DNA from: Bacillota bacterium
GTDB lineage: Bacteria > Bacillota > Clostridia > Oscillospirales > Oscillospiraceae
Direction of reading: 5' to 3'
DNA length: 48,133 bases
NCBI GenBank assembly: GCA_029003235.1
Contig: JAQYBZ010000017.1
Span: forward strand, 1 to 48,133
Under the pieces are notes generated by a model. The model searched no databases and had not been told where the DNA came from. It saw only the letters and a list, made by a program, of their open reading frames with translations. A program made the position numbers and the translations under genes. Position 1 is the first letter of the stretch. Each line of letters starts with the position of its first letter. Positions 44,879 to 48,133 of the stretch are shown here, piece after piece.

Positions 44879-44907
44879 ATTGTACCGCCGCCGGTGGGAA
44901 AAGTCAA
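44879..44907 (-). promoter_or_regulatory. Promoter candidate driving the TPP riboswitch and thiT
   Basis: On the minus strand: TTGACT (44907-44902), a 17-nt spacer, then TACAAT (44884-44879). Confidence 0.6.
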
Positions 44908-44952
44908 CGGGGAAATTATCGGCGGCTGATTATGGAGCCTGTCCGGCGGAGG

Positions 44953-45855
44953 CTACAGCGCCCGGAGCTTTTGCAGAACCCCCTCAAAATAGTCGGGCAG
45001 GGGACAGGTGACCGTGACGGGCTGACCCGTGCGGGGATGGAGAAAGACCAACTGCCTTGCATGGAGACACTGGGTATCCTGGCCAAGCTCTTTCTTTTTG
45101 TGGCCGTAGACCGTATCCCCTAAAATGGGGTGGCCGATGTAGGCCATGTGTACCCGGATCTGATGGGTGCGTCCGGTTTCCAACCGGCAGCAGATGTGGG
45201 TATAGCCCCCGAAGCGTTCCAGCACCTGGTAGTGGGTCACGGCGCTGCGGCTGCTTTTTTCGGTGACGGCCATTTTTTTGCGGTCTGCGGGATGGCGCCC
45301 GATGGGGGCGTCCACGATTCCCTCGTTGTCCCGGAAGCCGCCGCAGACCACGGCCTCATAGGTACGCGAAAGGGTGTGATCCTTGAGCTGGGCGGCCAGC
45401 GCCTGATGGGCAAAGTCGTTTTTGGCCACGATGAGCAGGCCGGAGGTGTCCTTGTCAATGCGGTGGACGATGCCGGGGCGCAGTTCGCCGTTGATGCCGG
45501 AAAGAGAATCCCGGCAGTGATACATCAGGGCATTGACCAGCGTGCCGCTCCAGTGCCCCGGTGCGGGATGCACCACCATGCCCTTGGGCTTGTTGATGAC
45601 CAGCACATCACCGTCCTCATAGACCACGTCCAGCGCCAGCGGCTCCGCCTCAATGGCGGGCGTTTTCAGTTCCGGCAGGGTCAACTCGTACACGGCGCCC
45701 GCCACGGTTTTGTCGTTTTTCTTTACCGCCCGGCCGCCGCAGGTCACACAGCCGTCTTCCAGCAGCTTCTGCGCTGCGCTGCGGGACAGATTCTCTTCCT
45801 GCTGGGACAGAAATACGTCCAGCCGCAGCCCGGACTGATCACTTGTCAGCTTCAT
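44953..45855 (-). CDS. rluD: RluA-family 23S rRNA pseudouridine synthase (RluD type)
   Basis: An N-terminal S4 domain (RLDVFLS...SRSAAQKLL), the catalytic motif HRIDKDTSGLL, and C-terminal GRTHQIRVH. Confidence 0.9.
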   Translation of the reverse strand: MKLTSDQSGLRLDVFLSQQEENLSRSAAQKLLEDGCVTCGGRAVKKNDKTVAGAVYELTLPELKTPAIEAEPLALDVVYEDGDVLVINKPKGMVVHPAPGHWSGTLVNALMYHCRDSLSGINGELRPGIVHRIDKDTSGLLIVAKNDFAHQALAAQLKDHTLSRTYEAVVCGGFRDNEGIVDAPIGRHPADRKKMAVTEKSSRSAVTHYQVLERFGGYTHICCRLETGRTHQIRVHMAYIGHPILGDTVYGHKKKELGQDTQCLHARQLVFLHPRTGQPVTVTCPLPDYFEGVLQKLRAL

Positions 45856-46345
45856 GTTCCTCCGCCTTTTTAGGACGATCGAAGATCAGTACAAAAACGA
45901 TCAGCCCGATGACGCCGCAGGTGACGAAAATATCCGCCACGTTGAACACGGCAAATTCCATAAATTCCACTTCAAACATATCCACCACGGAGCCCGTGGC
46001 CACCCGGTCGATGACGTTACCCAGTGCGCCGCCGGCGATGGCGGCAAGACACCACAGCTCTGCGGGCTTGGAGACGATTCTCTTTTTGATCATGACGCCC
46101 AGCGCAACGAAAAAGACGACGGCAATGACCACAAACAGCCACCGGTTGCCGGAGAGAATGGAGAAAGCCGCGCCGGTGTTGCGCACATAGGTCAGATGCA
46201 GCACGCCGGGCAGCACCGCCACGGCGCCGCCGGAGGGGATATGAGCCACGGTGAGATATTTTACCAGTTGATCCAGCGCCACAATGAGCAGGACAAACAT
46301 TCCAAGGGCGATCCACAGCCCGCGGTTTCGGTTGGTCGTTTTCAT
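45839..46345 (-). CDS. lspA: Signal peptidase II (lipoprotein signal peptidase)
   Basis: ATG at 46345. Motifs are DQLVKY, NTGAAFS, GGALGNVIDR and FNVAD (catalytic Asp motifs). It overlaps the rluD start by 17 nt. Confidence 0.88.
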   Translation of the reverse strand: MKTTNRNRGLWIALGMFVLLIVALDQLVKYLTVAHIPSGGAVAVLPGVLHLTYVRNTGAAFSILSGNRWLFVVIAVVFFVALGVMIKKRIVSKPAELWCLAAIAGGALGNVIDRVATGSVVDMFEVEFMEFAVFNVADIFVTCGVIGLIVFVLIFDRPKKAEEHEADK

Positions 46346-46394
46346 AGGATTCCTTTCAAAAAAGGGGTGCGTAAGCACCCCTGAATTTTTTGGC

Positions 46395-47828
46395 TCAATA
46401 GGCCAGCTTTTCCGCCAGCCAGACTTTCAGCTCGCTGATGGGAACGCGCACCTGCTCCATGGTGTCCCGGTCGCGGATGGTCACGGCATGGTCAGCCGGT
46501 GTGTTCTCGTCGCCCACGGTCTGGAAATCCACAGTAATACAGTAGGGGGTACCGATTTCGTCCTCCCGGCGGTAGCGCTTGCCGATGGAACCGGCGTCGT
46601 CAAAGTCCACCATAAAGTCCTTTTGCAAATCCCGGTAGATCTCCTCGGCTGCGCCGGAGAGCTTCTTGGACAGGGGCAGCACGGCCGCCTTGAAGGGCGC
46701 CAGCGCCGGATGCAGATGCAGCACCACGCGCACGTCGTCGTTGCCCTTTTTGTCCTGCCCGACGACTTCCTCGTCATAGGCGTCCACAAGGAAAGCAAGG
46801 AAAGCACGCTCCACGCCCAGAGACGGCTCGATGACATAGGGGATATAGCGGGTGTTCTTTTCCTGGTCGAAATAGGTCAGGTCCTTGCCGGAGGTGTTCT
46901 GGTGCTGGGTCAGATCGTAGTCTGTGCGGTCGGCAATGCCCCACAGCTCGCCCCAGCCAAAGGGGAACAGGAACTCAAAGTCCGTGGTGGCCTTGGAGTA
47001 GAAGCAAAGCTCCTCCGGGTCGTGGTCGCGCAGGCGCAGATTCTCTTCCCGCATTCCCAGATCCAGCAGCCACTGGCGGCAGAAGCTGCGCCATTTGGCG
47101 AACCACTCCAGATCAGTGCCCGGCTCGCAGAAGAATTCCAGCTCCATCTGCTCAAACTCCCGCACACGGAAAATGAAGTTGCCCGGGGTGATCTCGTTGC
47201 GGAAGGATTTGCCGATCTGGCCGATGCCGAAGGGCAGCTTGCGGCGGGTGGTGCGCTGGACATTGTTGAAGTTGACAAAGATGCCCTGCGCCGTCTCCGG
47301 CCGCAGATAGACCGTGTTTTTGGCGTCTTCCGTGACGCCCTGGAAGGTCTTGAACATCAGGTTAAACTGGCGGATGTCCGTAAAGTTGTGCTTGCCGCAG
47401 GTGGGGCAGGGAATGTTGTTGTCCTCGATGTACTGCTTCATCTCCGCCTGGGTAAAGGCGTCGATGGGTTTGGGCAGCTCCTTGCCGTTCTGAGCAGACC
47501 AGTCTTCAATGAGTTTGTCGGCGCGGAAGCGCTCCTTACATTCCCGGCAGTCCATCAGAGGGTCGGAAAAGCCGCCCAGATGACCGGAGGCCACCCAGGT
47601 CTGGGGGTTCATGAGGATGGCGGAATCCAATCCCACGTTGTAGGGGTTCTCCTGCACGAACTTTTTCCACCAGGCCTTCTTGACGTTGTTTTTCATCTCC
47701 ACACCCAGAGGGCCGTAGTCCCAGGTGTTGGCAAGTCCGCCGTAGATCTCCGATCCGGCGAAAACAAAGCCCCTGTTTTTGCACAGGGCAACGATCTTGT
47801 CCATGGTTTTCTCTGTGTTGTTCAACAT
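46395..47828 (-). CDS. glyQS: Glycine--tRNA ligase (homodimeric GlyQS type)
   Basis: ATG at 47828 lies 7 nt after GGAGG. Motifs are [49 protein letters not shown] and a C-terminal anticodon-binding domain. Confidence 0.95.
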   Translation of the reverse strand: MLNNTEKTMDKIVALCKNRGFVFAGSEIYGGLANTWDYGPLGVEMKNNVKKAWWKKFVQENPYNVGLDSAILMNPQTWVASGHLGGFSDPLMDCRECKERFRADKLIEDWSAQNGKELPKPIDAFTQAEMKQYIEDNNIPCPTCGKHNFTDIRQFNLMFKTFQGVTEDAKNTVYLRPETAQGIFVNFNNVQRTTRRKLPFGIGQIGKSFRNEITPGNFIFRVREFEQMELEFFCEPGTDLEWFAKWRSFCRQWLLDLGMREENLRLRDHDPEELCFYSKATTDFEFLFPFGWGELWGIADRTDYDLTQHQNTSGKDLTYFDQEKNTRYIPYVIEPSLGVERAFLAFLVDAYDEEVVGQDKKGNDDVRVVLHLHPALAPFKAAVLPLSKKLSGAAEEIYRDLQKDFMVDFDDAGSIGKRYRREDEIGTPYCITVDFQTVGDENTPADHAVTIRDRDTMEQVRVPISELKVWLAEKLAY

Positions 47829-48015
47829 AATTTGCCTCCATATCGGGAAAATTCCAAACTTTTATGGGATCATTTCGTGAAGCGGCGCCGGAAAGCGGCC
47901 GCTCCATGAAATGTGGGGAACAGGGATTGCAGGTGCGGGCGCCGTCCGCTGCCGGCGGACAGCCCGCGGTTCCTGAAACTGCCGAAATGCAACAGTTTTA
48001 GAAAGAATTAGTATT

Positions 48016-48043
48016 ATTATACCCGATTATTCCGGTATGTCAA
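48016..48043 (-). promoter_or_regulatory. glyQS promoter candidate
   Basis: On the minus strand: TTGACA (48043-48038), a 16-nt spacer, then TATAAT (48021-48016), about 190 nt upstream of the start codon. Confidence 0.55.
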
Positions 48044-48133
48044 TGAAAACCGCCCCATTTTCCCGGCGGATTTCCGGAAAAATCAAGGAAGTGCCTGTCG
48101 GCTCTTGAAAAAAGACGGGGAAAATGCTAAAAT

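Noticed and set aside
47829-48015. A glycine T-box riboswitch upstream of glyQS.
   Set aside because: I searched both the expected T-box 14-mer and the specifier/K-turn elements by eye. Only a weak resemblance was found (AGGAACCGCGGG against GGTGGTACCGCG) and there is no terminator U-tract. It is kept only as a low-interest unexplained leader.
1-48133. CRISPR arrays, rRNA genes, transposases or IS elements, prophage genes and toxin-antitoxin pairs.
   Set aside because: I noticed no regularly spaced direct repeats and no transposase, integrase or phage-structural translations in the six-frame track. The only repeats found are the two pairs reported above.

Overview
This 48.1-kb window looks like chromosome from a high-G+C, spore-forming Clostridia-type Firmicute; that taxon call is an inference from a SpoIVA C-terminus, a SigH-like sigma factor and Firmicute-style promoters and terminators. 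Most of it is densely packed housekeeping sequence. The recognisable genes, in order, are:
- spoIVA 3' end, an aminotransferase, a HAD hydrolase and ruvC-ruvA-ruvB
- sigH, a zinc-ribbon protein, an Sfp-type PPTase and a CapA-family protein
- a GH25 muramidase, GtrA and a type I asparaginase
- a GyrB/ParE-like and GyrA/ParC-like topoisomerase pair split by a membrane acyltransferase
- YitT, galE and a VanX-type dipeptidase lipoprotein
- copA-csoR-copZ with a textbook CsoR operator, and feoA-feoB plus a Cys-rich peptide
- two DNA-repair genes, dus and an MFS transporter
- tRNA-Val, DUF3810, thiT behind a TPP riboswitch, rluD, lspA and glyQS

Three accessory or rearranged stretches stand out.
1. 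A visibly lower-G+C two-gene UDP-sugar cassette (UDP-glucuronate 4-epimerase plus UDP-glucose 6-dehydrogenase, about 29.45-31.95 kb). It is bracketed by a 30-nt near-perfect direct repeat of the MFS gene 3' end and sits next to a decayed fragment of a BceB-like permease.
2. A complete Bce-type peptide-antibiotic module (RR-HK-ABC ATPase-FtsX permease, 32.0-36.6 kb), with a perfect TTACA-N4-TGTAA inverted repeat in front of the ATPase gene.
3. A lower-G+C tract (about 37.8-42.8 kb) abutting the tRNA-Val. It carries an ECF sigma, an anti-sigma candidate, an SLH-anchored caspase/CHAT-like protein and a PepSY-like protein.

GNAT plus the ECF operon are bracketed by two diverged, inverted copies of a ~150-nt hairpin-rich element that I cannot assign to any known RNA or mobile-element family; this is the best candidate for something undescribed. 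I saw no CRISPR array, transposase, integrase or rRNA. All calls rest on reading the sequence and ORF translations by eye, with no database search, so every family assignment needs HMM or BLAST confirmation.
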